Positions 1 to 8,993 of a DNA stretch of 32,000 nucleotides are shown one piece after another. The translations under genes and the position numbers were made by a program. The DNA comes from Thermosulfurimonas dismutans (GTDB taxonomy: Bacteria; Desulfobacterota; Thermodesulfobacteria; Thermodesulfobacteriales; Thermodesulfobacteriaceae): NCBI RefSeq assembly GCF_001652585.1, contig NZ_LWLG01000002.1, positions 30,001-62,000 on the forward strand, in the 5' to 3' direction. The stretch's first letter is position 1. Each line of letters begins with the position of its first letter. The notes under the pieces were generated by a model, which was not told the origin of the DNA, ran no database searches, and saw nothing but the letters and a program-made list of their open reading frames with translations.

Positions 1-13
1 TGGAGAGAAGACT

Positions 14-532
14 ATGGCGCTTCGCAAAATCGTAGTCCTGGGACATCCGATTTTAAGGGAAAAAGCCGAAGAGATTACCGAAATAGACGGTGATCTCCAG
101 CAACTTATAGACGACATGGCCGAGACCATGTACGCCGCCAAGGGTTTGGGACTAGCTGCCAATCAGGTAGCTGTCTCTAAAAGGCTTTTCGTGCTGGATC
201 TTTCTCAAAGAGAAGGAGAAAAACTCCCCCATGGACTATTGGTCTTTATCAACCCTGAAATTATGGAGGCAGAGGGTGAAATATACGAAGAAGAAGGTTG
301 TTTAAGTATTCCGGGATATTCTGCCAAGGTCAAAAGAAAGGCCCGAGTCCTGGTTAAGGCCCTTGATCGTGAGGGCAAACCCTTTGAAATGGAACTCGAA
401 GGCTTAGGAGCTAGGGCCGTGCAACACGAACTAGACCACTTAAATGGTATCCTTTATATAGACTATCTTTCTCCATTAAGACAAAAGCTTTTTAAACGCT
501 GGTGGAAAAAGCACCGCTCCTCAAAAAAATAA
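14..532 (+). CDS. def: peptide deformylase
   Basis: Full-length 172-aa ORF carrying the three PDF motifs: GLGLAANQ, EGCLSIPG (Cys metal ligand) and QHELDHLNG (HExxH). A GGAGAG SD-like sequence lies just upstream of the ATG. Confidence 0.95.
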   Translation: MALRKIVVLGHPILREKAEEITEIDGDLQQLIDDMAETMYAAKGLGLAANQVAVSKRLFVLDLSQREGEKLPHGLLVFINPEIMEAEGEIYEEEGCLSIPGYSAKVKRKARVLVKALDREGKPFEMELEGLGARAVQHELDHLNGILYIDYLSPLRQKLFKRWWKKHRSSKK

Positions 533-628
533 TCGTCCCTACCCTCAAACGATACCTAAGACATTATTACCAAAATTTGTCCGATTTTCAAATTCTATTA
601 TGATTGTTTTTATAGATTTATAAAAAAT

Positions 629-1828
629 TTAATAAAAAACTTGCCACTTTCTAGGATAAGATGTCACTCTTTCTAAAGAATCCTCTTTCAAAAAAAAGGT
701 ATCTTCGAGACCAATTACCCCTATCCCCGGAACATGGAGTTTGGGCTCAAGGGCCAGCGCCATGCCGGGAAGAAGTTCGGTTTTCATTCCCGGGGCCAGG
801 GCCGGCTCTTCATCTATACATAGGCCTACCCCATGCCCTACGAAATTCACGCCTTCCTCTCCGTTAGCCATAAAATATTTTTCCACTCCTAGGCGTTCGG
901 CCTCCTTCAACACCGAGAAAAAGACTTCCTCCGCAGGTATCCCTGGTTTTAAGGCCCTTTCCGCAGAATCCATAAGTATTTCGGCCATCTCGAAGAGGTC
1001 ACGGATTTCTGGAGACACCCCCCCTAGAGAACTCATACGGCTCTGATCCACGTAATAACCGGCATAAAAACCCGAAAAGTCGCATAAAATAGGTTCACCG
1101 GAGTGAAGTTTTTTGAGACTGGCTCCACTCGAAAAACCAGGCACTCCCAAACCTCCCTCTCCGGCAATCATGTATCCAGGAGTTACTCCCTCTGGGCCGG
1201 AGATCAGAAGCCCGGTTGGGAATTCATTTCCTCGGAAAGACCGTACGAAACCGGGATGCCCCCGCTTCCGAAGTTCGTATTCTATAAGTCCCATGGCCTC
1301 AAGTTCGGTCATACCGGGTTTTATCTTAGGAAGACCTTCGAAAAGCGCCTCCGCAAGACGTCTTCCGGCCTCCCTCAGACACTCGGCCTCGTAAGGGGAC
1401 TTAATTGTACGGATATGAGAAATAGCTCCGGAAATATCTTGCAGATCGAATTCGGAAAGAATTTTTCGATAGAGCAAAAATCTATCATGGGTAAGGCCGG
1501 CATATTCAAGCCCAAGAACTTTTATACCCGCGTTTTTTAGAATTCCGGGAAGCTTCTTTAAAGAACGTAAAGGTTCAGCCGGAAGTGGACTTTCAGAAAG
1601 CACTCGGGAAAAGGGCCTAAAGACTAAAAACCTTACTTCCCTTTCGGTAACCAGAAGATGCCCCAGGGCAAAGGCCCCGGTAAAATAATAAAGATTCAGA
1701 GGAGAGGTGATAAGGGCTCCATCAAGGGCTTTCTCTCGCAAAGCCTCTTTTAAAGAAGACAACCTCCTTTCAATTTCGGTCTTCGGAATCATGGAGATTC
1801 TTGGCAATTTCAAGAATGGTCTCGGCAT
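629..1828 (-). CDS. M24 family Xaa-Pro aminopeptidase/dipeptidase (creatinase/prolidase fold)
   Basis: A creatinase-like N-domain is followed by a pita-bread domain with the metal-ligand pattern CDFSGFYAGYYVDQSR, HGVGLCIDE, ALEPK and GLEDTF. The internal ATG at 1792 (MIPKTEIERRL...) is an equally plausible start and would cut the overlap with the upstream gene from 59 to 23 nt. Confidence 0.8.
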   Translation of the reverse strand: MPRPFLKLPRISMIPKTEIERRLSSLKEALREKALDGALITSPLNLYYFTGAFALGHLLVTEREVRFLVFRPFSRVLSESPLPAEPLRSLKKLPGILKNAGIKVLGLEYAGLTHDRFLLYRKILSEFDLQDISGAISHIRTIKSPYEAECLREAGRRLAEALFEGLPKIKPGMTELEAMGLIEYELRKRGHPGFVRSFRGNEFPTGLLISGPEGVTPGYMIAGEGGLGVPGFSSGASLKKLHSGEPILCDFSGFYAGYYVDQSRMSSLGGVSPEIRDLFEMAEILMDSAERALKPGIPAEEVFFSVLKEAERLGVEKYFMANGEEGVNFVGHGVGLCIDEEPALAPGMKTELLPGMALALEPKLHVPGIGVIGLEDTFFLKEDSLERVTSYPRKWQVFY

Positions 1829-2633
1829 AGGGTTCGCTGTGGTTGTAGGTCATCAGCACGCGTTTTTTTTCCTCCCAGGAAAGGCCCGGACGCCAACCGT
1901 GACGTTTAAGATAGTTGGCGGCACTGGCCAGGGCGTCGGTAAGGGTATAGAGATCTATGCGCCCATCGCCATCGCCATCAACCGCGTAACTTCTAAAACT
2001 GCTCGGTATGAACTGGGGATAGCCGAAGGCCCCAAAAATGGAGCCTTTTAAGGCCAAGGGATCAAGACCATATTTTTGGGAGATTTCAAGAAGCACCACC
2101 AATTCTCGATAGGCCCACCGGGACCTGCGGGCCATAATACTTTTCAGACGAGCTTCTTCCTCCGGGGAAAGCTCCCGATCAAGGTAGGGTTTCACCCTCT
2201 CCCAATCGGAAGACACCGCCATACTGGCCAGCACATTGAAGATCTCGTAGCGGCCATGGTGCCTTCCGAGATCGGATTCCACGAGAAGCAAAGCCACCAA
2301 GACCTCTTTTTCCACTCCGTAAGTCTTTTCGATTTCGTCAAGCAGTGGGGCGTAATCTTTCATAAAGTTTCGGGCCCGGGCGATTCTTTCCGGTCGCAAA
2401 AACCTTTTGTAAGGTAGCTTACTTTCGTCCCAGGTGAGTTTGCGAGGCATGATTTGCGGCAAAAACTTCACCCGGGGATCGGAGAAGACTTTGTCAATTT
2501 CCGCAGGGGAAAAACCTTCTGCCATCAGCCGGCTCTTAAGCTCGGCAAAAAGTTCGGTATCCTCCTTCGCCCTGGCCGGACAGACGGTCAAGACCACGGT
2601 CAATATCAGGCATACCCCAAGAGTAAGCCTCAC
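1770..2633 (-). CDS. lytic murein transglycosylase, MltB/SLT_2 family (probable lipoprotein)
   Basis: The GTG start overlaps the stop of the upstream gene (GTGA). There is a signal peptide with a lipobox-like LTVC. Family motifs are LLLVESDLG (catalytic Glu) and GAFGYPQFIPSSFRSYAVDGDGDGRIDLY. Confidence 0.8.
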   Translation of the reverse strand: MRLTLGVCLILTVVLTVCPARAKEDTELFAELKSRLMAEGFSPAEIDKVFSDPRVKFLPQIMPRKLTWDESKLPYKRFLRPERIARARNFMKDYAPLLDEIEKTYGVEKEVLVALLLVESDLGRHHGRYEIFNVLASMAVSSDWERVKPYLDRELSPEEEARLKSIMARRSRWAYRELVVLLEISQKYGLDPLALKGSIFGAFGYPQFIPSSFRSYAVDGDGDGRIDLYTLTDALASAANYLKRHGWRPGLSWEEKKRVLMTYNHSEPYAETILEIAKNLHDSEDRN

Positions 2634-5296
2634 CTCAGAGCCTCCCCGAGTTTTTTCCAGAGACGACCGAATTCTTCGAGATCTCCACGTCTCAAGGCCT
2701 CTTCAGCCCTTTGGTAAAGTCCCCTGAGATAAGCTTTTCCAGATTCCACCCGTGGTTTCATCTTTTCAAGTATCTGGCGGCCAGCCTCTTTAATTCTTTC
2801 TTCCACTGAACCGAAAATCTCCATCAAGGCCTTATCCAGGGTTTCAGCCATGGCAATCCGATTGCCGTAGGCCACGATAACCCGCTTGAGCTCGGGAATC
2901 TGTCCGGTCTCGGACTTGAGATAAAGGGGTTGTACATAGAGGAGATTGTTCTCTATGGGGATCACCAGAAGGGTTCCCAGAATGACCCGGCTTCCCCGCT
3001 GGTCCCAGAGAGAGAGCTGGCGTGAGATTTCCGGATCCTGATTGATGCGGCTTTCGATTTGCTGTGGGCCGTAAACCAGGCTTTGTTTAGGGAAACGATA
3101 GACCAGTATTTCCCCGTAATTTTCAGGGTCACATCGTACACACATCCAGGCCGAAAGATTGTTCTTCTTGGCCGGGGTAAAGGGCACCATGAGAATAAAT
3201 TCTGCCATATCTTGTCCCGGTAGTCTCATGATGGTGTAGTAAGCCCGGATGTATCGCCTAGGATCCTTCGGACTTTTGGGGATCTCCCAGAGGTCCTCCT
3301 GGTTGTAGAATACTCGGGGATCGGTCATGTGATAGCGACCGTAGAGCCTGGCCTGCAGGGAAAATAGACGATGAGGATAGCGAATGTGACTTCTAAGATC
3401 GGCCCTTAAGTCCGAAAGAGGCCTAAACATGTGAAAAATTTCCTGATAGGTCTGAATGATAGGATCACGAGGATCTTTGAGATAAAAGTCGACCGTCCCA
3501 TGATAGGCGTCCACTACCGCTAGGGCCGCGTTCCGCACGTAGTTTCCTAGGCCTCTTACCCTACGAGAATAGGGGAAACGGTTTGAAACCGTATAAAGAT
3601 CCAAGAACCAAAAAAGGCGACCATCCTTACCGATAACTAGATAGGGATCACCATCTACCAACAGAAAAGGCACCAAACGTCTAACCCGTTCTCGGACCTC
3701 TCGATAGTAGAGAACACGGCTTTCAGAGAGGATATCCTGGGAGAAAAGAAACTTGCTAGTTCCGAAACGATAGGCGAAAAGTGTCCGACGGAAAAGGCCC
3801 CCTACCCTAACCCCGGTCTTTCCACGATAGGTGGTGTAAACATTTTTTTCACCAGCCGGGTAATCGAATTCTTTAACCCGGGTATTCACTACGGCGTAGG
3901 TGTCCGTCAGTTCTCCAAAATAGATCTCTGGACGCGTGATCTTAAGGTCCACCAAAGATCTGGGAGGGATGTCCTTGATCAGAAGCACCGGCAACCCTTC
4001 CGGGGAAACTTGATTAACCACTCCCAGGGTAAGGCCGTAGCCATGGGTATAGACCAGGTGAAGGTTGATCCAAGATTTACTGGACAGGTCAGCATGGGAA
4101 AGTTCCCGGGCCGAGAGCATGACCTGGCGAAGTTCTCCGTTGAGCACATACCGGTCGTTGTCCACCGAAACGAAACGATAATAAGTGCGAATCTCTTGGA
4201 TTTGGCTGTAAGTTTCGAGTAGAGGCTGATGATCCCAGAGCCTTATGTTTTTGATGGTAAGGGCGTTGCGTTTGAGGTCGTTGTAAGTCAGGGGTTTTCC
4301 AAAAGTGAAAGATTTTTCCTTAACGGAGGTCAAGCCGAAGCCCTCTCGAGTGTAACGGATCTCGTGGGCAATGTAAGGCTTTTCTTTATCAAGTTCGTTT
4401 GGTTGCACCACATACCGATGCACCACACCCGGAAGGAGTTTGAGTCCTATAAAATAGAGCAAGCCATAGCCCAGCACGAGGCCGAACAGAATCTCTTTTC
4501 TGGGCCTCAGGATGAAGACCGCCGAAAGGAGGGCCGCGGCCAATGACAAAAGCATAAGGGCGTTTAAGGCCGGAAGCACCACCCGGGCCTCGGTGTAACC
4601 TGCCCCGAACACTACCCCCCGCTCGTCAAAAAGAAGATCCGTACGGTCAAGGAAAAGGTCATAGGCCAAACGCAGGAAAAAGAGGGCTACCATCAAGGCT
4701 AAGTAGCGGCGAAAGGCCGAAGTGAGTCGTATCCCGAGCCGGCCGCCCCTTTCCAAGTGGCCAAGTCCCACGAAAATAAGAGTTCCGGTTAAAAACAAGA
4801 GGGTCCAGAGAGCAAAGGCCAAGTCCCCCAGGTAGCGCAGAAAGGGAAGTCTAAAGACATAGAATCCGATATCCAACGAAAGCAAAGGGTCTTTTAGGCC
4901 GAAAGCCTTTCCATGGACGAACAGCAAATAATCTTGCCAGAATTCTTTAGCAGCCAATCCAAAAGAAAAGGCCAGAAAGATAGAGAACACTTTCAGAAGA
5001 AAGCGAAATTTCTCGGAGAGAAAACGAGTGAAGCGGGGATCAAGATACTGCGACCAGAAGGCGCCCCGAGAGGCCACTCTATGGACCAGATATCCGTGAA
5101 AGTAAAACACCAATCCCGTAAAAGAGGCCACCAAGAGAAATAGAACCCCCTGAACCTTGAATCTGGTGAGGAAGACCTGAGGATACCCCAAATCCTTGTA
5201 CCAGAGATAATCGGTGTAAAACCCTACAAAAGGGTTAAAAAAGAGAAAAACCAGGGCCAAAAGAGCAAAGAGGAGAATAATTAGGCGGAACTTCAT
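2630..5296 (-). CDS. UPF0182 family large membrane protein
   Basis: 888 aa. The N-terminal multi-TM block begins FYTDYLWYKDLGYPQVF and is followed by a large soluble C-terminal region. The architecture matches my recollection of UPF0182 (COG1615). No own SD precedes the ATG. Confidence 0.8.
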   Translation of the reverse strand: MKFRLIILLFALLALVFLFFNPFVGFYTDYLWYKDLGYPQVFLTRFKVQGVLFLLVASFTGLVFYFHGYLVHRVASRGAFWSQYLDPRFTRFLSEKFRFLLKVFSIFLAFSFGLAAKEFWQDYLLFVHGKAFGLKDPLLSLDIGFYVFRLPFLRYLGDLAFALWTLLFLTGTLIFVGLGHLERGGRLGIRLTSAFRRYLALMVALFFLRLAYDLFLDRTDLLFDERGVVFGAGYTEARVVLPALNALMLLSLAAALLSAVFILRPRKEILFGLVLGYGLLYFIGLKLLPGVVHRYVVQPNELDKEKPYIAHEIRYTREGFGLTSVKEKSFTFGKPLTYNDLKRNALTIKNIRLWDHQPLLETYSQIQEIRTYYRFVSVDNDRYVLNGELRQVMLSARELSHADLSSKSWINLHLVYTHGYGLTLGVVNQVSPEGLPVLLIKDIPPRSLVDLKITRPEIYFGELTDTYAVVNTRVKEFDYPAGEKNVYTTYRGKTGVRVGGLFRRTLFAYRFGTSKFLFSQDILSESRVLYYREVRERVRRLVPFLLVDGDPYLVIGKDGRLFWFLDLYTVSNRFPYSRRVRGLGNYVRNAALAVVDAYHGTVDFYLKDPRDPIIQTYQEIFHMFRPLSDLRADLRSHIRYPHRLFSLQARLYGRYHMTDPRVFYNQEDLWEIPKSPKDPRRYIRAYYTIMRLPGQDMAEFILMVPFTPAKKNNLSAWMCVRCDPENYGEILVYRFPKQSLVYGPQQIESRINQDPEISRQLSLWDQRGSRVILGTLLVIPIENNLLYVQPLYLKSETGQIPELKRVIVAYGNRIAMAETLDKALMEIFGSVEERIKEAGRQILEKMKPRVESGKAYLRGLYQRAEEALRRGDLEEFGRLWKKLGEALR

Positions 5297-5301
5297 AGAA
5301 C

Positions 5302-5403
5302 TTATGAAATTTTTCTAGCCTTGAGGGCGTCTTTTATAATTATCAAAACTCCCAAAGGCGCCACAAGTAACAAACCACCTAACAGAACATAGATGCCTTC
5401 CAT
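5302..5403 (-). CDS. candidate 33-aa single-pass membrane peptide (unannotated small ORF)
   Basis: Below the ORF-track size cut-off. ATG at 5403-5401 and TAA at 5304-5302. The translation is MEGIYVLLGGLLLVAPLGVLIIIKDALKARKIS, one hydrophobic helix plus a basic tail. A GAGGGA SD lies 5 nt upstream, and the stop lies 5 nt before the ATG of the UPF0182 gene. Confidence 0.4.
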   Translation of the reverse strand: MEGIYVLLGGLLLVAPLGVLIIIKDALKARKIS

Positions 5404-5586
5404 CCTTATCCCTCATCCGGTGGAATATAAAAAATCCACTATTAACAAAGTAAAGCCTATTCCAAATAAAAACAAGCCCAATTTAAACTTCAGACGATCA
5501 CCGAGAAGTCCTTCCGGAATGCCCACCGTAAAGACATACTTTCCGATATCCAGCAAAGTTTTCCGAAATTACGCCGTCTTCCCTGT

Positions 5587-7524
5587 TTATTTCTTAACCA
5601 TATTTAGAAGACAACCGGAAAGAATGATCTCTCGATCCCTTTCCGTAAGTTCCAGACGGCCCCAGATCTCTTCCTTTCCGGGAACCTCTATGCGGAGGCG
5701 TTCGGCTCCCTCCGAAAGGGCCTTCCTTATATCTGGGACCCGGATGCGGTCCCCAGCGGCAAGGCGGTCATAATCCTCCGGATTTTCGAGAACCACGGGA
5801 AGAATACCGAAATTTATAAGGTTGGCCTTATGAATGCGGGCAAAGCTCTTGGCAATCTTCAGCCTTACTCCAAGATACCTCGGGGCCAGGGCCGCATGCT
5901 CTCTTGAAGAACCCTGCCCGTAGTTTTCCCCGCCTAGAATCACCACCGCCGTGCCCTTTTCTTTAAGGGCCAAGGCCTTTTTCGAAAATTCCGGATCGAT
6001 CGCCGAGAAAACGTATTCGCTTATGGCTGGAAGGTTACTCCTCAGCGGAAGAATCTTGGCCCCAGCAGGCATAATGTGGTCGGTAGTGATGTTGTCCCCC
6101 ACCTTGAGGAGAATCTCTCCCTCCAGGTCCTCAGGCAGGGGATCGAACTTCGGAAGGGGCACAATGTTCGGCCCGCGCAGGATCTCCACTTTGAGGGCCT
6201 CTTCATCTGGAAGTGGAGGGACAAGCAGGGTATCGTTCAGAATGAATTTTTCAGGAAGGCTGATTTCGGGATAATCCCCTAGTTCTCTAGGGTCGGTGAT
6301 CACCCCGCGCACGGCCGAAGCTACCGCCGTCTCCGGAGAGACCAGATAGACGTAATCCGGCCGGGTCCCGGACCGGCCGGGGAAGTTACGAGTAAAGGTG
6401 CGCAGAGAAATGGCCTCTGTGGGTGGGGCCTGCCCCATACCGATACAACCGAGACACCCGCTTTGGTGTATTCTGGCCCCGCCATGAACGAGGGACTGGA
6501 ATTTTCCCAGGGCCTCGAGGTTTTCCACCACCTGGAGGGAGCCAGGATTGATCTCGAGGCAGGTATCCCGATGCACAGGGTGGCGTCCGAGCACTTCAGC
6601 CACCACCAGAAGATCTCTAAGCGACGAATTGGCGCAGGAGCCAATGATGACCTGGGCCACGGGTTTTCCGGCGATCTCGGCCACGGGCTTCACGTTGTCC
6701 GGCGAGGAAGGACAGGCCGCCAAGGGCTCAAGGCTGGAGAGGTCGAGCTCAATGACCTCGTCATAACGGGCGTCCTCGTCCGGGAGGATCTCCTCGAAAT
6801 CTCCTTCCCTCCCCTGAGCGTAAAGCCAGGCCCGGGTAACCTCGTCTGCGGGGAACACGCTGGTGGTGGCCCCCATCTCGGTGCCAAGATTAGCGATAGT
6901 AGCCCGGTCCGGCACGGAAAGCTCCTTAACCCCGGGACCGAAATATTCCAGGATCTTACCCAGACCACCCTTTACCGTAAGTTTCCGAAGAAGCCAGAGG
7001 GCCACATCCCGAGCCGAAACCCAGGGCGGGAGTTTGCCGGTAAGGTGAACCCCCAAGATCTTGGGCATGATGAGATGGAAGGGTTCGCCGGCCATAGCCA
7101 TGGCCACGTCCAATCCCCCGGCCCCGATGGCGATCATACCGCAGCCTCCGGCGGTGGGGGTGTGGCTATCCGAACCAAGGAGGGTGCGCCCTGGCCTTGC
7201 GAAGCGCTCGAGGTGCACCTGGTGGCAGATACCATTTCCGGGACGAGAGAACCAGAGGCCATAGCGGGCAGCCACGGTCTGCAAAAACCGGTGGTCGTCG
7301 GCGTTGCGAAAATCGGTCTGAAGGAGGTTGTGATCCACATAGGAGACCGAAAGTTCGGTCCGCACCCGGTCAATTCCAATGGCCTCGAATTCGAGATAGG
7401 CCATGGTACCGGTGGCGTCCTGAGTTAGGGTCTGGTCTATACGGATAGCAATGGGCTCGCCACGCTTGAGGCTTCCCGAAACCAGGTGTCTTTCGATGAT
7501 TTTCTCCGCAACCGTGAGACCCAT
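5587..7524 (-). CDS. aconitate hydratase (aconitase family, fused catalytic and swivel domains)
   Basis: 645 aa. The N-terminus MGLTVAEKIIERH is aconitase/IPM-isomerase-like. Motifs seen are IDQTLTQDATG, GSDSHTP, GSCANSS and SGCLGCIGMG (Fe-S Cys ligands), with a C-terminal swivel domain (GGENYGQGSSREHAA). A strong AAGGAGGG SD sits inside the end of the upstream ORF. Confidence 0.8.
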   Translation of the reverse strand: MGLTVAEKIIERHLVSGSLKRGEPIAIRIDQTLTQDATGTMAYLEFEAIGIDRVRTELSVSYVDHNLLQTDFRNADDHRFLQTVAARYGLWFSRPGNGICHQVHLERFARPGRTLLGSDSHTPTAGGCGMIAIGAGGLDVAMAMAGEPFHLIMPKILGVHLTGKLPPWVSARDVALWLLRKLTVKGGLGKILEYFGPGVKELSVPDRATIANLGTEMGATTSVFPADEVTRAWLYAQGREGDFEEILPDEDARYDEVIELDLSSLEPLAACPSSPDNVKPVAEIAGKPVAQVIIGSCANSSLRDLLVVAEVLGRHPVHRDTCLEINPGSLQVVENLEALGKFQSLVHGGARIHQSGCLGCIGMGQAPPTEAISLRTFTRNFPGRSGTRPDYVYLVSPETAVASAVRGVITDPRELGDYPEISLPEKFILNDTLLVPPLPDEEALKVEILRGPNIVPLPKFDPLPEDLEGEILLKVGDNITTDHIMPAGAKILPLRSNLPAISEYVFSAIDPEFSKKALALKEKGTAVVILGGENYGQGSSREHAALAPRYLGVRLKIAKSFARIHKANLINFGILPVVLENPEDYDRLAAGDRIRVPDIRKALSEGAERLRIEVPGKEEIWGRLELTERDREIILSGCLLNMVKK

Positions 7525-7525
7525 T

Positions 7526-8155
7526 TTACCCTCCTTCTCCGAAACAATCTGGATGTCTTTTCTTCAGCTCTTTCAAGATCCTTTCTACGTACTCCCTGAG
7601 GTCTTCCAAATCCTCCAGGGGTTTTAACAGATAAATCAGGAGATCGGCAAGGCTTGCAGAGACGATGATACGTCGATCCTCCCCTGGGGCCCCCTCAAGC
7701 ACAAAGGGAAGCCGGCTGCGCAGGACTTCCACGGCCAGAGATTCCGGCCCCTGGTATTCCACCCCGAAATAAAGATGACGAGCCTTAAGGGCCGGGGAAA
7801 GACGGTAAACTTCTTCCTCCGTCAGAACCCCAAAAGCCAGGTCCTGAGGAGGAATGAGACCGTGCTTAGGAATGAGGTCCGAAACCAAAGCCGGCTCCCA
7901 CTCAGAAAGGAAAATGAGGAGCCCCTTGGCAAACTTGAGGTCGAAGTTTTCGCGGATAAGGTTCCGAAAGGCCTCGGTTGTCCCCGAAATCAGAAAACGG
8001 CGGCGGTCAAGCCGGTCGGTGGAAAGATCCCTCGGTAGGCGCTCGAAGAGCTTGAAGAGCGGAGTCTCACTCCGGGCCTGAACCTCCAGCACCAGGGGCC
8101 GGAGCCCCTCCGGAAGTTCCTTCTCTGAAATAAGAGAAAGCCTCGCCTCCGCCAC
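7526..8155 (-). CDS. hypothetical protein (no family recognised), translationally coupled to aconitase
   Basis: 209-codon ORF with gene-like composition. Its TAA is 1 nt before the aconitase ATG. It contains no ATG codon at all, so the start is GTG 8155 or a later in-frame GTG. No SD is visible. Confidence 0.55.
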   Translation of the reverse strand: MAEARLSLISEKELPEGLRPLVLEVQARSETPLFKLFERLPRDLSTDRLDRRRFLISGTTEAFRNLIRENFDLKFAKGLLIFLSEWEPALVSDLIPKHGLIPPQDLAFGVLTEEEVYRLSPALKARHLYFGVEYQGPESLAVEVLRSRLPFVLEGAPGEDRRIIVSASLADLLIYLLKPLEDLEDLREYVERILKELKKRHPDCFGEGG

Positions 8156-8161
8156 GCCCGC

Positions 8162-8190
8162 ATTTTAACCGCTTCAGCGGGGGGAGTCAA
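8162..8190 (-). promoter_or_regulatory. sigma70-like promoter TTGACT-17-TAAAAT
   Basis: On the minus strand, TTGACT (8190-8185) is followed by a 17-nt spacer and TAAAAT (8167-8162). The -10 ends 6 nt before GTG 8155, which implies a leaderless or near-leaderless transcript. Confidence 0.4.
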
Positions 8191-8249
8191 AACCGCCTGA
8201 TGGTCATTCCCTCGGGTTTCAAATAAAACCAAACCTTAGCGGAGAAATT

Positions 8250-8294
8250 CCATTTTGCCCCGGGGCTTAGCCTCCGGGGCAAAATGGTTTTGTT
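8250..8294. terminator. strong hairpin, probable (bidirectional) intrinsic terminator after the pilin gene
   Basis: Perfect 14-bp inverted repeat CCATTTTGCCCCGG (8250-8263) / CCGGGGCAAAATGG (8274-8287), extendable by 2 more pairs around a 6-nt loop. TTTTGTT follows on the + strand. It lies 15 nt downstream of the pilin stop on the - strand, where only a weak U-run follows. Confidence 0.55.
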
Positions 8295-8301
8295 AAGTTC
8301 T

Positions 8302-8910
8302 TTAATACCGATAAACATTAAAATTACCTTCAACAACTCCTGTTAAGCTATCACAATCAGTATCTGGGTCATATTCATTACCGGCATCAGTAAAGATAAT
8401 TCCTCCAGAACTAGGAGCAGCATTACCATCATCAAACTTCTGATCTACTCTGCATATAGCTGATGCTGGTTCGTTATATGCTGTTTCTAGCCAGATTCCG
8501 TCATAAGGAGGAGAACTGTAATTTGAAAAAACCAACAACTTTCCAGTAAAAGGTTCTCTTCTATCAGCCTCCGTCAATAATCCCGTATTCCTTAACTCAC
8601 TCCAGAAAGCAGCTTGTTCCGTAGTAGTATCAATCCTTCCATTCAAATAGGTATTAGAAGTAGTACATAATCCAGTTGAAGGATTATTAGTGCATCCATC
8701 TCCCGGCAATCTATTATATCTTTCATAGAAAATATTTATAGCCGCAGAAATCTTTTGAAGCTTGTTATAAAAAGCATCTTCCCTAGCCGACTTGATAAGT
8801 TGCCGCCCCTTCAAGGCCATTCCCAAAAGCAAACCGATAATAACCAGAACGATGGCCAGCTCCACCAGGGTGAAACCCCCGGTCCTTGCTCCCGTGCCTC
8901 TTTTCAACAT
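8302..8910 (-). CDS. type IV pilin / pseudopilin-like protein with prepilin N-terminal cleavage-methylation signal
   Basis: The leader MLKRGTGARTGG|FTLVELAIVLVIIGLLLG has G at -1, F at +1 and E at +5, followed by the hydrophobic alpha1 helix. The C-terminal globular part has two Cys pairs (DGC...LC and ICRVD...DC). A strong AAGGAGGTG SD lies 5 nt upstream. Confidence 0.85.
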   Translation of the reverse strand: MLKRGTGARTGGFTLVELAIVLVIIGLLLGMALKGRQLIKSAREDAFYNKLQKISAAINIFYERYNRLPGDGCTNNPSTGLCTTSNTYLNGRIDTTTEQAAFWSELRNTGLLTEADRREPFTGKLLVFSNYSSPPYDGIWLETAYNEPASAICRVDQKFDDGNAAPSSGGIIFTDAGNEYDPDTDCDSLTGVVEGNFNVYRY

Positions 8911-8963
8911 AACTGCACCTCCTTGTTAACTTTTTTGGATTTACGAAATCAACTTTTTAACAT

Positions 8964-8993
8964 ATTCTAAAATTGAAAAAAATTTTCTGTCAA
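8964..8993 (-). promoter_or_regulatory. sigma70-like promoter TTGACA-18-TAGAAT for the pilin gene
   Basis: On the minus strand, consensus TTGACA (8993-8988) is followed by an 18-nt A/T-rich spacer and TAGAAT (8969-8964), about 50 nt upstream of the pilin ATG. Confidence 0.5.

Noticed and set aside
5393-5773. 126-aa + strand ORF
   Set aside because: It overlaps the aconitase 3' end antisense and runs through an intergenic region. The text is Ser/Arg/Pro-rich and there is no SD.
6463-7428. 321-aa + strand ORF
   Set aside because: It lies entirely antisense to the well-supported aconitase gene. The text is Gly/Arg/Pro/His-rich and of low plausibility, which is a typical shadow ORF.
7990-8232. 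80-aa minus-strand ORF (MRAWRRRGF...) using the ATG inside TAAAATG
   Set aside because: It gives an Arg/Ser/Trp-rich nonsense-like text, out of frame with and overlapping the better 209-aa ORF.
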